Origin: Candidatus Latescibacterota bacterium
GTDB lineage: Bacteria; Latescibacterota; UBA2968
Direction of reading: 5' to 3'
NCBI GenBank assembly: GCA_965198115.1
Contig: OZ240241.1
Location: 3,168,001 to 3,232,000, forward strand
Length of the DNA stretch: 64,000 nucleotides
Shown here: positions 28,604 to 39,693 of the stretch, in pieces
How the letters are laid out: the number at the start of each line of letters is the position of its first letter
Numbering within the stretch: the first letter of the stretch is position 1
Made by a program: the position numbers and the translations under genes
The notes under the pieces: model-generated
Seen by the model: only the letters and a program-made list of their open reading frames with translations
Database searches by the model: none
What the model was told of the DNA's origin: nothing

Positions 28604-30760
28604 CTAGCCACCAGACCCGACGCCCTTGGGGAGCGTGAAGTAGAATGTCGTTCCTCTCTCAATCTCAGACTCGACCCAGATCTCGCCCCCGTGCCGTTCG
28701 ACGATTTTCTTGCATAGCGCCAACCCGATGCCGCTGCCCTCATACTCTTCGCGCGTGTGTAGTCGCTGGAAGATCTGGAAAATCCGCTCCGCGTGTTTCG
28801 AATCCATTCCGATCCCGTTGTCCTCGACTCTGAAGACCCACCAGGCATCTTCTTCCGTTGCCGAAATTCTGACGCGTGGGCCCTCCTGACCGCGGAATTT
28901 GATGGCGTTTCCGATCAGATTCTGAAACAGTTGCACGAGCTGTCCTTCATCGCCCGGAACGACTGGCAGCGGGTCTCGCTCGACGAGGACGCCACTCTCA
29001 TCGATCGCCAGCGTCAGATTAGCCAGCGCTTGATCCAGAAGGGAGCCGCAATCCGTAGGAACGGGCGGTTTACCGCGCGTACCTACCCTCGACAGTTGAA
29101 GCAGATCGTTGATCAACCCGGACATCCGTTCCGCTCCATCGACGGCGAAGTCTATGAATTCTCCGGCGTCATCGTCCAGCTCGTCCTTGTAGCGTCGTTC
29201 CAGAAGTTGGAGATAGCTCGACACCATCCTGAGGGGTTCCTGGAGATCGTGAAACGCCACCGAAGCGAATTGCTCCAGGTCGGCATTCGACCGTGCGAGC
29301 TCCTCCGTCTGACGCTCCAGATCCCGACTCGAAACTTCCAATCTCTCCAGATCTTCAACTCGCGAAATCCCGACCGAGAAGATTTTGGCCACCTGTTCGA
29401 TCGTCATCAAGTCCGACGTAGAAAATGCACGCGCCTGGACACTGAGGACTGATATGACCCCGTTGGGTATCGGAACCTCTGCGCAGCTGCGGACGGGTAG
29501 CCCGCCGAACTTCTCTTTCAAGTTTTCCGCTTCCTCCGGATAGCCACGTACAAGGTCCTCCTCGTAGGTCAGCTGGCCGTCTTGCCACTGCCGGGTCAGG
29601 GAGGTCGCTCTCCGTTCCTCTCCTGCCGTAAGAGTCCCCTCTTGTCCAACCCTGTAAGTTTGAACAAGGCTCTCGTCCGGATTCAGGATCCTGTGGATCG
29701 CCATGGCGTGGGCATCGACGCCCAATTCCTACATCTCCTTCAGGCAGGTCTGGATGACCTGTTCCAAATCTGCAGGGCGGGCGAGATCCTGGACCGCTCC
29801 GCTGATCCTGACCAAGGTCGCGCCCTGAGTTGAGCATCGACTTCGGCACTTTGTGCCCTCCGCCTGGCCTCTTCGGCGTCCTCCATCATGTTGAGCGCGG
29901 CGGTTCTCGAATCTCTCAGGGACTCGTTCAGAAGCTTCAACTCCTGCTGCGCCTTTTCGCGCTCGGCGATTCCCTCTTCCAGCTCCCGGTTGATCTGTTC
30001 TGTCGCTTCAGCGGACCGTTGGCCTCTTGTGAGGTCTGCCGGAATCGGCTGACGACGAGCCCCAGACCCAGCAGCCCCAATGTTGTCATCGCCGCCAGCA
30101 AACCAACGGTTCCGCTCATGCCCTCTCGATGCTGTGTAGAAACACTCTCCACCGGACGGATGACCTCGAGAACCCCCCGCACGTCACCCGTCTTCCATCC
30201 CTTCTTGGGCGTATCGGGATGCGTGTTGTGACAGGAGACACACTCGGGTCGCATGAGATCAGCCGTTGCATACCGCAGCGAGAGCCGTCCCTCGTATTCC
30301 TCCATACGGTAAAAGGGCACCTCGGGATTCTGCCTCAAGAACGTCAGAGCCTCCTGCTCGAACTGATCTTGAGGGCCGCCTTCGGCCTCCCGCCACGGGA
30401 ACGGGTAGTCACTGTATAGACGGGTGACCCCCCGGTGCCCTTCCCAGCGATGCGATTTCCAAGTAGCATGCTCAGCGTCGCAGGAAGCGGGATCGCCTTT
30501 TCTCGGGTTGCATAGTCGTGAGTGATTTCAACATCGTGACCGACGACCCGAGACACGACCTCGGAGGTATAGAGGGTGCGGAATTCCCTCAACGCCTGGG
30601 AATACAGGTCCGCGTCCTGTATGGCCATCGTTCTGATGAGGTCGGACTGAAGGTCGAACGTGTACCACACCATACCGGCCAATCCCACCATCCCCAGACA
30701 GAACATCGTGGATACGACGAGGACTACCCTTTCCTGGAACAGGCCCAGTATCCTGGACAA
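28604..30760 (-). pseudogene. Sensor histidine kinase with c-type heme (DUF3365/Tll0287-like) and GAF domains; multiple frameshifts
   Basis: Pieces: FRTLYTSEVV...IPLPAT (30344-30760), CVSCH...WKTGDVRGVLEV (29937-30338), ALNMMEDA, GAF + HDLQEPLR kinase (28604-29725). Confidence 0.85.
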
Positions 30761-30849
30761 ACCCGTGGACGTTTCTGTGAGCTACCCCTTGATCCCTTCA
30801 CGATCATTCATTTCGGGCCTCAATGTCCGGTTCCGCAGACGAAAGATCA

Positions 30850-31039
30850 TAGGGGGCCGATCTTCCGGCTTCGGTTGCCAACTCGTTCACTTGCTGCTTT
30901 AGCTCGATCATCTTCAGTTTACGACCGTTGAATTGTTCCAGCTCGGCATTCGATCGACCCAACTCCTCGGCCTGCTGTGCAAACTCGTCTTGCGCCCATT
31001 GTCCTCGATCAGAAGGACCTGAATGTCCGTTGAACTCAT
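30850..31039 (-). pseudogene. Collapsed remnant of a receiver/coiled-coil signalling gene
   Basis: MSSTDIQVLLIEDN joined to ELGRSNAELEQFN...KMIELKQQVNEL-like sequence. Confidence 0.5.
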
Positions 31040-31481
31040 GAATCCCTCAGTGTTACGGGTCCGTTGCTGGATCGCTAATGAGCACCCTTCGTGCCACTGA
31101 GCACGACCCTCTGAACCAGTCTTAAACGGTGTATTAACAATTACATATACGCTGTTTCTTTACGCAACACGTGGCGGATTTCCGCCACCTGGTCGCCTTC
31201 TGGTGGAGGTAGGCGCACGCAGAAAAATGGGGCACGATGCAAACGCTCCGATCAGAGCGCTTCCATTGTGCCCCAACGACGTGATAATTAACCAGCTTAC
31301 GACGGTGTGTCAAGTCAATTAGGCCCATTCGGGCCCGCGCGTTCTCCTTACTAAATCAGTCGCCTCCACCTCTCCTGAGAGCTTCCCACCGATCCACGGG
31401 GGTCAGGAAACCCGGTCAGGGGTGCTCTGCGGGACGTCAACCCGTGACGAGCCCCAGCACGTGGGGCAGAGCTCGCATCTC

Positions 31482-31897
31482 TCAGCCAGGGACCGCAAAC
31501 AGCCCTGAAATCAGGAAAGAGGGTCCCAGATGAACCAGGGTGAGGATCACGATCCCCCCAGCCGTCATCCCCAGGGTCGGCCCAGATGGATCTCCCGCTC
31601 TTACCCATTCGGCCAGGGCCGCGGCGATCAGTGCGCCAACGGCCAGCACTCGAATCCGATTTCCCCAAGCCACCCCGTACGCAACGTTGACCACCAAGGT
31701 GCACGCGTAAACGCAGAATACCAGTCCCAGCAAGAAGGGGGCGCTGCGGGAACGCCTTCTGTCATCAGGTGATTGAATCCGCGAGCGGTCATCACGAGGC
31801 CATAGATTGTGGCCAGGCCCATACCAATCCGCAGCGTGCGTCCGATAGGCCCGGGTTTCTGGATGGATCCGGGGGGCAGGAACTGGTCGTCAGCCAC
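31482..31897 (-). pseudogene. Small membrane protein, frameshifted near 31745
   Basis: KPGPIGRTLRIGMG N-part (31628 frame) continues as TM helices ending GLFAVPG (31482 frame). Confidence 0.55.
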
Positions 31898-31912
31898 CTT
31901 ATGTTCTCACAC

Positions 31913-32608
31913 TCATAGTTGGATAGTCCCCTTCGGAGAGCGAACCGACACCAAGACTCTGACGTCGGGGCCTTGCCTGACATCCGCTTTCAAACCCAAC
32001 CGACTCAGCGCTTCTCCGAATGTGCTGGCATCTAAGTGCTCGAATGTCACCGACGCGAGCTCACACCCTTTCGGCGATGTCTCCGCGGGATGAGCAGATT
32101 CCGGGCTCCATTCGATGAAAAACGGCAGCGGCTCCACCTCTGCCTCTCCGAAATTGTTCCCGACTCTGAGCGTCTTCCAAGCCAGGTTGATCCCATCGAG
32201 CGTCGTACGGGCGCCGTCTCTGAACAGGATCTGATCGAAACCGGCGGCCCGTGCGTCCCGCTCAACCGCCAGAAGGTCAGGCGTCCGCACCGCCCACGTG
32301 ACGAGACGTGGCTTTTCGAGCGATCTCAGATCGATCGGGAAGTTCAAATTCGCCTGAGCGGGGTCCGGGGCGATGACCTCCAGATACTGCCGATTGCCCA
32401 GAGACAACAGTGCGTTTCGCGTGCCGACACCCGGATGCACGCCGCCGACCTGGGCGCGCAAACCCACACGCTCCTCGAGCCAGGCGATCCCACAATCGAG
32501 ATCGGACGTGCCGAGAAGCACGTGGTCGACCACGTGACAAGCTTCGTTGGGGGATGTCCGATCCAGAACCAATTCCTTAGAACTGCTCACACAAGTGGTT
32601 TGTGACAC
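31913..32608 (-). CDS. VOC/glyoxalase-like family protein
   Basis: DHVLLG...GGVHPGVGTRNALLSLG...YLEVIAPDP, LPFFIEW; start uncertain. Confidence 0.88.
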   Translation of the reverse strand: MSQTTCVSSSKELVLDRTSPNEACHVVDHVLLGTSDLDCGIAWLEERVGLRAQVGGVHPGVGTRNALLSLGNRQYLEVIAPDPAQANLNFPIDLRSLEKPRLVTWAVRTPDLLAVERDARAAGFDQILFRDGARTTLDGINLAWKTLRVGNNFGEAEVEPLPFFIEWSPESAHPAETSPKGCELASVTFEHLDASTFGEALSRLGLKADVRQGPDVRVLVSVRSPKGTIQL

Positions 32609-32714
32609 GTGTCCGATTCGCGGGTTCTCTTATAATATGAGGAGCCCCTGCTGCCTCCGAGCGTTAAAGAAGGCGAACCCGCTCATCCACATCGCCCTGT
32701 TCCAGGAGCCTCTC

Positions 32715-33230
32715 GTGCGAACCGATCGATTCCTCACGCTTTTGGTCTTCCTACTCGCCTCATCGGCCGAGTCGGCGGACATCGCCCCCGACTTCAACTT
32801 GAAAACACCGGAGGGCAAAAGGCTTCACCTGCAAGCCATGTTGGAGGAAGGGCCCGTTCTCCTCGACTTTTGGGCGACCTGGTGTAAACCCTGCCTCAAA
32901 GGCATGCCCAAGATCCAGTCCATCTACGAGACGTATCGTGAACGGGGCCTTGCAGTCGTGGGGGTGAACGAAGACGGCCCACGCGGGCAGGCCAAGGTAA
33001 AGCCTTTCGTCCGCGCACGGAAAATCACCTTTCCCATTGCGCTCGATTCCGACGGCCGGCTGATGAAGCGCATTCGTGCCGTGACCCTGCCCACGACCAT
33101 CCTGATCGATCGCGACGGAGAAATCGTTCTGCGTCAGAGTGGCTACTCACCCGAAGGCGAACAGGCTCTGATCGACGCCATCGAATCTCTGTTGACACCG
33201 ACCCGAGACGGGGAATCAGCCGAATCGTGA
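32715..33230 (+). CDS. TlpA-family thiol-disulfide oxidoreductase
   Basis: Signal peptide, APDFNL, DFWATWCKPC, LPTTILID; RBS AGGAG before GTG 32715. Confidence 0.92.
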   Translation: MRTDRFLTLLVFLLASSAESADIAPDFNLKTPEGKRLHLQAMLEEGPVLLDFWATWCKPCLKGMPKIQSIYETYRERGLAVVGVNEDGPRGQAKVKPFVRARKITFPIALDSDGRLMKRIRAVTLPTTILIDRDGEIVLRQSGYSPEGEQALIDAIESLLTPTRDGESAES

Positions 33231-34795
33231 GCTGCGCGTCTCATCATCCCCGACTGTTCTACGCCGTGCTTCTCCTGCTTTCTCTCGGGCCTGGCAACGG
33301 CTCAGCTCAGCTTTCCTTCACCAGTCTGACCGAAACGCAGCGAGGCCGGGTCCCCAACGAAGACGCTGAGGCCTATTCCAATTTCTACGAGCAGCTCAAC
33401 GTCGACTACATAACCAACCGGATTCAGGCCGGAGGACGGCTAGAAGTTTACCGCGCCACCGCAAGCGATCGAAGTTTGACCTTCCTGAGCCAGCGATATC
33501 TCTCCTGGTCGACCGGGCCCGCCTACCTGACAGCCGGCAATTTCCAGGGCATCCTCGGAAGAGGACTCACGCTCCGCGCATTCGAGCTCCCGGGCGTCAT
33601 CCTCGAGAACACCCTGTTTCGGCGTCGACACACGAGTACGTCCGATATGGAAGGTGTTTTCGGATCCTGGACGCACGACCGTTTTGAAATCAAGGCTCTC
33701 TCGGGTCGACCGGTAGCGGGCGACATTCCCCCCGGTTTCCCCGACACCCTTAACACGTTCGATCGCCTCGTCGGTCTCGGCGGCGATCGTCGGCAGGACT
33801 GGGTCACGGGCGGGGAAGTCAGTTTCGGCCTCCGCAACTTCCGAGTGGGAGCAACTGCGATTCATCTACGTCCCAAGCGCAGCGACCGCAGCCACGCGTG
33901 GTCGTGGCTCGCCGGTCTCGATCTGACGCCCACCCTCTCCCGGCTCGGAATACGCGACGCCTACGGTGAACTCTATGTAGAAATCGCCAGACGCGAGGGG
34001 ACGACCCCGGGGGGACACGGTCGCTACGTCTCCTCGGATTTTGGCGTGGGATCCTTCGGACTGAGCATCGAGTACAAGGATTATGACAACTTCAATCTCC
34101 TCGCCAACGATCCTCCCCAGCTCGTCCGGGAGCACTCTGCCTTCCTGCTGAACAGAACGACGCATGTCCTTGAAACTTTCAACGAGAAAGGCTACCAGAT
34201 CGAAGCCATCTATCCGGTCCCCGGACTCGGCACTGTGACGGGCAACGTGAGCTACGGAAAGAATGTGCTGGCGCCGACTGTCTCGACCGTGTTCGACGAA
34301 CGGTTCGTCTCACTTGACCTCGATGTCTTGCCGCCCACCCACACGGCTTCCGTCTTTTTCGATTGGGGAAAGGACGAGTTGGACGGGCGCCGTGCCCGGA
34401 GGACGGGTGGCATCCTCCTTGGGACGACGGCTGTGACCGAGCAGACCTTCGAGCTCGATCTGCAGCTTCAGCGAGGGAAGCTTACATTGAGTGAGGAACC
34501 TTCCTACTGGGACACGTATGGCGCGCTCTCGTGGCAGTCGTCCCGCGGTTTTGGTATTGCCCTCGTCGCGGATCGATCGACCGATCCTCTGGAAACGGAC
34601 ATTCCAACGACGTTCGATATCGCGGAGACCGAACCGGTCGTCTTCTGGTCGGTTAACGTGAGTGGACGGTTCGGCCCACACGAGGGATTGCTCTTCATCG
34701 GCGAAAGACGAGGCGGAACCGCGTGCACGTCCGGGACGTGTTATGAAGTGCTGGCGTTCAGAGGAGCGGAATTCCGGCTGACGACAAGATTCTAA
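33227..34795 (+). CDS. DUF6029-like outer-membrane beta-barrel protein
   Basis: Signal peptide, AGNF...GRGLTLR, EYKDY, C-terminal GERRGGTACTSGTCYEV...TTRF. Confidence 0.75.
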   Translation: MSCASHHPRLFYAVLLLLSLGPGNGSAQLSFTSLTETQRGRVPNEDAEAYSNFYEQLNVDYITNRIQAGGRLEVYRATASDRSLTFLSQRYLSWSTGPAYLTAGNFQGILGRGLTLRAFELPGVILENTLFRRRHTSTSDMEGVFGSWTHDRFEIKALSGRPVAGDIPPGFPDTLNTFDRLVGLGGDRRQDWVTGGEVSFGLRNFRVGATAIHLRPKRSDRSHAWSWLAGLDLTPTLSRLGIRDAYGELYVEIARREGTTPGGHGRYVSSDFGVGSFGLSIEYKDYDNFNLLANDPPQLVREHSAFLLNRTTHVLETFNEKGYQIEAIYPVPGLGTVTGNVSYGKNVLAPTVSTVFDERFVSLDLDVLPPTHTASVFFDWGKDELDGRRARRTGGILLGTTAVTEQTFELDLQLQRGKLTLSEEPSYWDTYGALSWQSSRGFGIALVADRSTDPLETDIPTTFDIAETEPVVFWSVNVSGRFGPHEGLLFIGERRGGTACTSGTCYEVLAFRGAEFRLTTRF

Positions 34796-34985
34796 GGCGA
34801 TTCGCCCGATATCCGCAGTCATCCAACGTGTCAAGGCCAATCACACCGATTCCAGATTTTAGACTTTTGTGATTCTTTCTACGTTGGAATCGCCCATATT
34901 TTAGGGTCGGAAAGTCCGGAAACAGAAAAGGGCCGTAGATAACTGGCTGTTTACCATCCATTTAGCAATTGTCGAGAAAATCGAA

Positions 34986-36269
34986 ATGCGAATCATCACG
35001 ATCGCTCTCGCCGGATGCCTGATTTTGGGTCTCTCTTCGACGGCCCAGTCTCAGACCCGGCCCGGCAACCCGATTCACGACTTTACTCTGCAGGATCTGA
35101 ACGGGAACAGCCACCGCCCGAATCAATACAGCGGTCAGGTCCTTCTCCTCTTCCTCCTCGGCCATAACTGAGGCATTTGTAGAGCGGCGGCGCCGCTCGT
35201 GCAACGTGAAGTCGTCGATGTGCACCGGAAAAAACCCGTGCAGATGCTGGGCGTCGGGGAATGGCTCGCAGTCGCAGCTGTCCCTGTTCCGTTCAGTGAC
35301 GGGGGTCGACTTCCCGCTGCTGCAGAGAGCGGGAACGGGCGGAATCCCCTGGGGTCTGGGCGTTGAGAACATCGTCGTGGTCAACCAGGAAGGAACCATC
35401 CACGACATCTTCGACATCTCGGATCGTCGCCGGCTCAACGAGGCGGTCGACTTCCTGCTCACACCCGTGCCTGCGCCGGTATCCCGGCTTAACCGATCCT
35501 CGCTCGACTTCGGCTCAACCGGAATCGTCGGAACCGACATCAGCATCATCCTCACGGTCGAAAACACCGGAGACGCGCTCCTCGAAGTCTCGAGCATCAC
35601 GTCGGACCACTCCGACATACGGTTCGATCAGAGCACGTTTACGGTCAACCCCGGGAGCCGCGAAGACGTCACCGTCACCCTCTCCCCGGCGGATGCAGGC
35701 TCGATCTCCGGTCGCGTCACGGTCACCACAAACGACCGCACCTGGACGCTACTCGTCGACCGGATCACCATCGAACGGCCGCTGCCGATGATCGCCCTAC
35801 CGGCATCTATGCTCGACTTCGGTACGATCGAGGTTGGACGCGCCGATTCCCGGGGGCTGGAGATTCGGAACGATGGACCGGGTCCGCTGAACGTGACGGA
35901 TGTGCGGACGGACATTCCGGGCATCACATTCTCCGCCCGTGTCTTCACCGTAGCTGCAGGTGAGGTTTCCACGATCACCATCCTCGTGGACGCCCAAACC
36001 GAGGGCCTGATCAGCGGCATCGTCGAGATCATCAGCAACGACCCCGATATGATGAGCTCGACGTCACGGTCTCCGCTACGGCAGAGATCGACGTCGCAGA
36101 TGCACGCGCAGACTTCGATGGCAGCGGCACGATCGACTTTACCGACTTCCTAGGCTTCGCGGTCGCCTTCGGTACATCCGATTCGGCCTACGACATCAAC
36201 GAGAATGGCCAGGTCGACTTCGCAGACTTTCTGACCTCTGCACAGAATTTCGGGAGAGTGGTAAACTAA
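34986..36269 (+). CDS. Secreted selenocysteine-containing redoxin (UxxC) with two Ig-like (ASH/choice-of-anchor D) repeats and a dockerin/EF-hand-like tail; frameshifts near 35257 and 36050
   Basis: Signal peptide, DFTLQDLNG...GQVLLLFLLGHN-TGA(35169)-GIC-RAAAPLV; later VDFPLL, two LDFG...NxG repeats, ADFDGSGTIDFTDFLGFA...DINENGQVDFADFL, TAA 36267-36269. Confidence 0.8.
35178..35203 (+). promoter_or_regulatory. Putative bacterial SECIS element
   Basis: TGTA-GAGCGGC-ggc-GCCGCTC-g-TGCA hairpin; apical G lies 18 nt after the in-frame UGA. Confidence 0.65.
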
Positions 36270-36326
36270 GGGTTTGCCACGAAATAAGTGCTGCACTTTT
36301 CAAGGTAATGATCTTACGCTCGGAGT

Positions 36327-37535
36327 GTGGACGTCGAAACTCTCCGAACGAAGTATGAAGCCTTGGCTCCGGTGCTGACGGAACGCACGCGTCGTCTGTG
36401 GGCCGCCACGGAAGCCGAAGCGTTGGGTCACGGTGGGATCGCGATTGTGGCTCTGGCGACAGGAATGTCCAGAGAGCGGATCTTTCGTGGCATTCAGGAG
36501 TTGAGGTCGGACGAACCTTTGGACCCGGCTCGCATCCGGCGTCCAGGCGGCGGTCGTAAGCGGAAGGCCGACACGGACCCGACGCTGTGGCAGGACCTGA
36601 ATGATCTGGTCGAGCCAACGACTGCGGGGTCGCCTGACGACAATCCTCTGAGATGGACATCGAAGAGCACTCGCAAACTGGCCGCCGAGTTGCAAGCGAT
36701 GGGGCATTCGGTGAGCCCCAGGATCGTTGCCAATCTCCTGCACGAACACGATTACACGCTGCAGGCGAATCGGAAGACAAGGGAGGGATCTGCACACCCG
36801 GATCGGGACGCTCAGTTCGTTTACCTCGATGATCGGATTAGCCAGCAGCAGCAGCAGGGCCTTCCCGTTATCTCGGTGGACACCAAGAAGAAAGAGTTGA
36901 TCGGCGACTTCAAGAATCCTGGCCGAGAATGGCGACCCAAGGGAGACCCGGAGCGTGTGAAGGTACACGATTTCATAGTGCCTGCTCAGGGCAAGGCGAT
37001 CCCTTATGGAGTGTATGATCTGAGCCGTGATGAAGGCTGGGTAAGTGTCGGTATCGATCACGACACGGCCAGCTTCGCCGTGAATGCGATCCGAAGTTGG
37101 TGGAAGAACATGGGACGGCCCGCCTACGGCACTTCGACGCATCTGCTAATCACGGCGGACGCAGGCGGCAGCAACGGCGCCAAGACGCGGCTGTGGAAGT
37201 GGGAGCTGCAGCGCTTTGCGAATCGCACTGGCCTGACGATCACCGTATGCCACTACCCTCCTGGCACTAGTAAGTGGAACAAGATCGAACATCGCCTGTT
37301 CTCCTTCATCGCTATGAACTGGCAAGGCAAGCCCCTGGTCAGCCTGGCTGCAACCGTGAATCTCATTGCCGGAACGACCACTCAAGCCGGTCTCCGAGTA
37401 CGCTCCGAGATCGACAAGCGACCCTACCCTAACGGGGTCAAGGTGACCGATGAACAGATGACCCAAATCGATCTCACTCCGCACGATTTCCACGGCGACT
37501 GGAACTACACGATCCGGCCAATGGCTCAACATTGA
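36327..37535 (+). CDS. ISAzo13-family transposase
   Basis: RRPGGGRK, LRWTSKS, ISVDTKKKELIG, ITADAGGSN, PPGTSKWNKIEHRLFS, FHGDWNY. Confidence 0.95.
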   Translation: MDVETLRTKYEALAPVLTERTRRLWAATEAEALGHGGIAIVALATGMSRERIFRGIQELRSDEPLDPARIRRPGGGRKRKADTDPTLWQDLNDLVEPTTAGSPDDNPLRWTSKSTRKLAAELQAMGHSVSPRIVANLLHEHDYTLQANRKTREGSAHPDRDAQFVYLDDRISQQQQQGLPVISVDTKKKELIGDFKNPGREWRPKGDPERVKVHDFIVPAQGKAIPYGVYDLSRDEGWVSVGIDHDTASFAVNAIRSWWKNMGRPAYGTSTHLLITADAGGSNGAKTRLWKWELQRFANRTGLTITVCHYPPGTSKWNKIEHRLFSFIAMNWQGKPLVSLAATVNLIAGTTTQAGLRVRSEIDKRPYPNGVKVTDEQMTQIDLTPHDFHGDWNYTIRPMAQH

Positions 37536-37553
37536 GATCGACCGTTTATTTAT

Positions 37554-38973
37554 GGCTATATCCGGATCTCTCAACGAGATGAAGTGGGTGAAGGTGCCGT
37601 GGTTCCTGGCATGGGGGCGCGGTTAGCGTGTGCGGAACCTCTTCGGAATCTGCTCAGGGATGTTTATGTCTCCGACGGTAAGGAAGATCATATCGTTGAA
37701 TGCGTCGAGTGTGCGGAATCCGCTGGCTCGGTTCTTGACGATTTGGACGATTCGGTTGAGGCCTTCGGCGATGGCGTTGGTAAGACGCGTGTTCACGAAT
37801 GCGAGGACGCCGAAGAAGTGCTGTCGCAGGGTCCTGACGAACTTTCGCAGGGGTTCAAGTCGACTTCTGAGTGCGGACGTCGTCCAGCATTTCAGGAAGC
37901 GTTCGGCAGCCCAGGGCGCTTTGTATTCCCAGAACTGCTCGAACTCGTCCTTGAGTCTCCAGGCTCTATAGATTCGGTAGTTCGCCTTCTCCAGTGCTTT
38001 GAGTGTCCGAGTATCCCCTCTGGAGCGTGTCGCTGAGTGCCGGTAGAGGAGCCATCGGAGGCCCTTCATGGCTTTGCGCTCATCCGGGGCAGCTTTACGC
38101 CACTGGTCCTTACGGACCTCGTCAACGGCGGCATTGAGAGCCTTGACGATGTGAAAGCGATCGAGGACCAGCTTGGCATTCGGACAGTGTTCCTGGATGG
38201 CTCCGATGTAAGCTTCGCTCATGTCGCAGCAGGCCCACTCGATCTTGGATCTCCGGTAGGGACTGAGAGCCTCTGTGAAGAACCGATCGATCGTTTTACG
38301 CGCCCTGCCGCGGCCAACCCACACCACGCAGGAGCGGTCCAGATCGTAAACGAGCGTGGCGTACCTGTGACGCTTGGCGTAGGAGATCTCGTCGATCCCG
38401 ATGGTTTTGAGCCCTCGGATACGATGACCTTCACGAAGCCGCGTGATGGATCGGTGACGGAGATCCGACAGCGTCGAGGCAGAGATGCGCAGTAACTCGG
38501 ACGCCGCCTTCTGCGTCATGGTCTGGCAGTAGCGCAGCATGGCATACTCGAAGCGATACGTCACCCGAGAGAACCGCTCCGCCCACGGAATCTCCTCGAC
38601 CACACGACCGTGGGTAGGACACCGAATCTCCCGAGGATGGTAGAGAAGCCAGACCCTCCACCCGCACACCGGAATGTCACGCCACCGACGCGGATGGGGC
38701 ATTGTGCGGACGATTTTACCTCGACGGCCGCACTCCGGACAACAACAACCATTCTTATGTGGCTTTACGGCGATGACGAAGCAGCTTCTCCCCTCAAACT
38801 ACCAGCTGACAACACGGAACCCCTTGAATCTCAGCAGTTTCGATAGTAATCTGCTCCCGGTCATAGGTCGCACCCCCTTCGCTTTGATTGTCCTACACAC
38901 ACAACCAAGCGTAGGGAACGATCTATGACCTTGTCATTCTATAGTTTCACCGTTGAGAAACCCGGATAGAGCC
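37554..38973 (-). mobile_element. ISL3 copy 3; transposase has nonsense mutation TGG>TAG at 38799-38801
   Basis: Same IRs, 1420 bp, TSD TTATTTAT (37546-37553 / 38974-38981); residual ORF 37623..38702. Confidence 0.95.
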
Positions 38974-39029
38974 TTATTTATTCCGAACCCTAAGAGCCGT
39001 TCGCGAATACTCAAGAGAGCTTGAGCGGC

Positions 39030-39144
39030 GTCAGTTCGAGCCCCTCGACTTCGCTCGGGTCAGGCTCCGTTGAGAACACGTCCTTTGCGAAGAGAGACTT
39101 CTCGACGGAGTTTATCCTGAGCCTGACGAAGGGCTCGAAGTGAC
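39030..39144. repeat. REP-like imperfect palindrome (115 bp)
   Basis: GTCAGTTCGAGCCCCTCGACTTCGCTCGGG...GGAGTTTATCCTGAGCCTGACGAAGGGCTCGAAGTGAC; related units at 39694-39742 and about 50253-50273. Confidence 0.7.
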
Positions 39145-39160
39145 CTGCTCTGTTTGTCCC

Positions 39161-39201
39161 AATAAAAGAAACCCCGGAGGATCTGTTATGCCCCCGGGGT
39201 T
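39161..39201 (-). terminator. Intrinsic terminator after the NIPSNAP gene
   Basis: AACCCCGGGGG...CCTCCGGGGTT followed by TCTTTTATT on the minus strand. Confidence 0.7.
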
Positions 39202-39239
39202 CCGTGTTTCTACGAGACGAATCGCAATTCCACTTAACG

Positions 39240-39560
39240 TCATTGAATGACGGATCGTGAGGTCGGCTCCATTCGGGTGACGACAATCCGTTCGCGATCC
39301 ATAATCTCTCCCACGCGTGGACTCATATCGTCCGTCCAATGCGGGTCCTCGTAGACGGCTTTGTAGAGCCGCTCTCGCTCTTCTTCGCTCTCGAATCTTC
39401 GGATCCAAATGTAGAGATCCTCCTCTTCTTCCCCCGTAAAACTCCCGACAACCACCATCCCCTTCGAAACCTGGAAAGGAATGATCTCCCCTTCCATGTA
39501 CTCCACCCACTCGTCCATCCGCCCATCCTTGATCCGATACTGCCTCAACTCGAAAAACAC
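39240..39560 (-). CDS. NIPSNAP family protein
   Basis: FFELRQYRIKDG, YIWIRRFESEEERE; RBS AAAGGGG. Confidence 0.9.
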   Translation of the reverse strand: MFFELRQYRIKDGRMDEWVEYMEGEIIPFQVSKGMVVVGSFTGEEEEDLYIWIRRFESEEERERLYKAVYEDPHWTDDMSPRVGEIMDRERIVVTRMEPTSRSVIQ

Positions 39561-39693
39561 ACTATACCCCTTTCTTCAAGTACCTGCAGCAACCAACTCA
39601 ATCTGCGATGGATCGGGTTCCGCCCGACTCCGAATGAAACCCGTCTCTCACTGTTCCTCCTAACTCTCAGTCCTTCTTCGCGTTGGTGTCGGA

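Larger units (their letters stand above)
36270..38990 (+). mobile_element. ISAzo13-family element (right end interrupted by ISL3)
   Basis: Ends GGGTTTGCCACGAAATAAG / (rc) GGGTTCGGAATAAATAAAC, flanked by TAA at 36267-36269 and 38991-38993. Confidence 0.8.
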
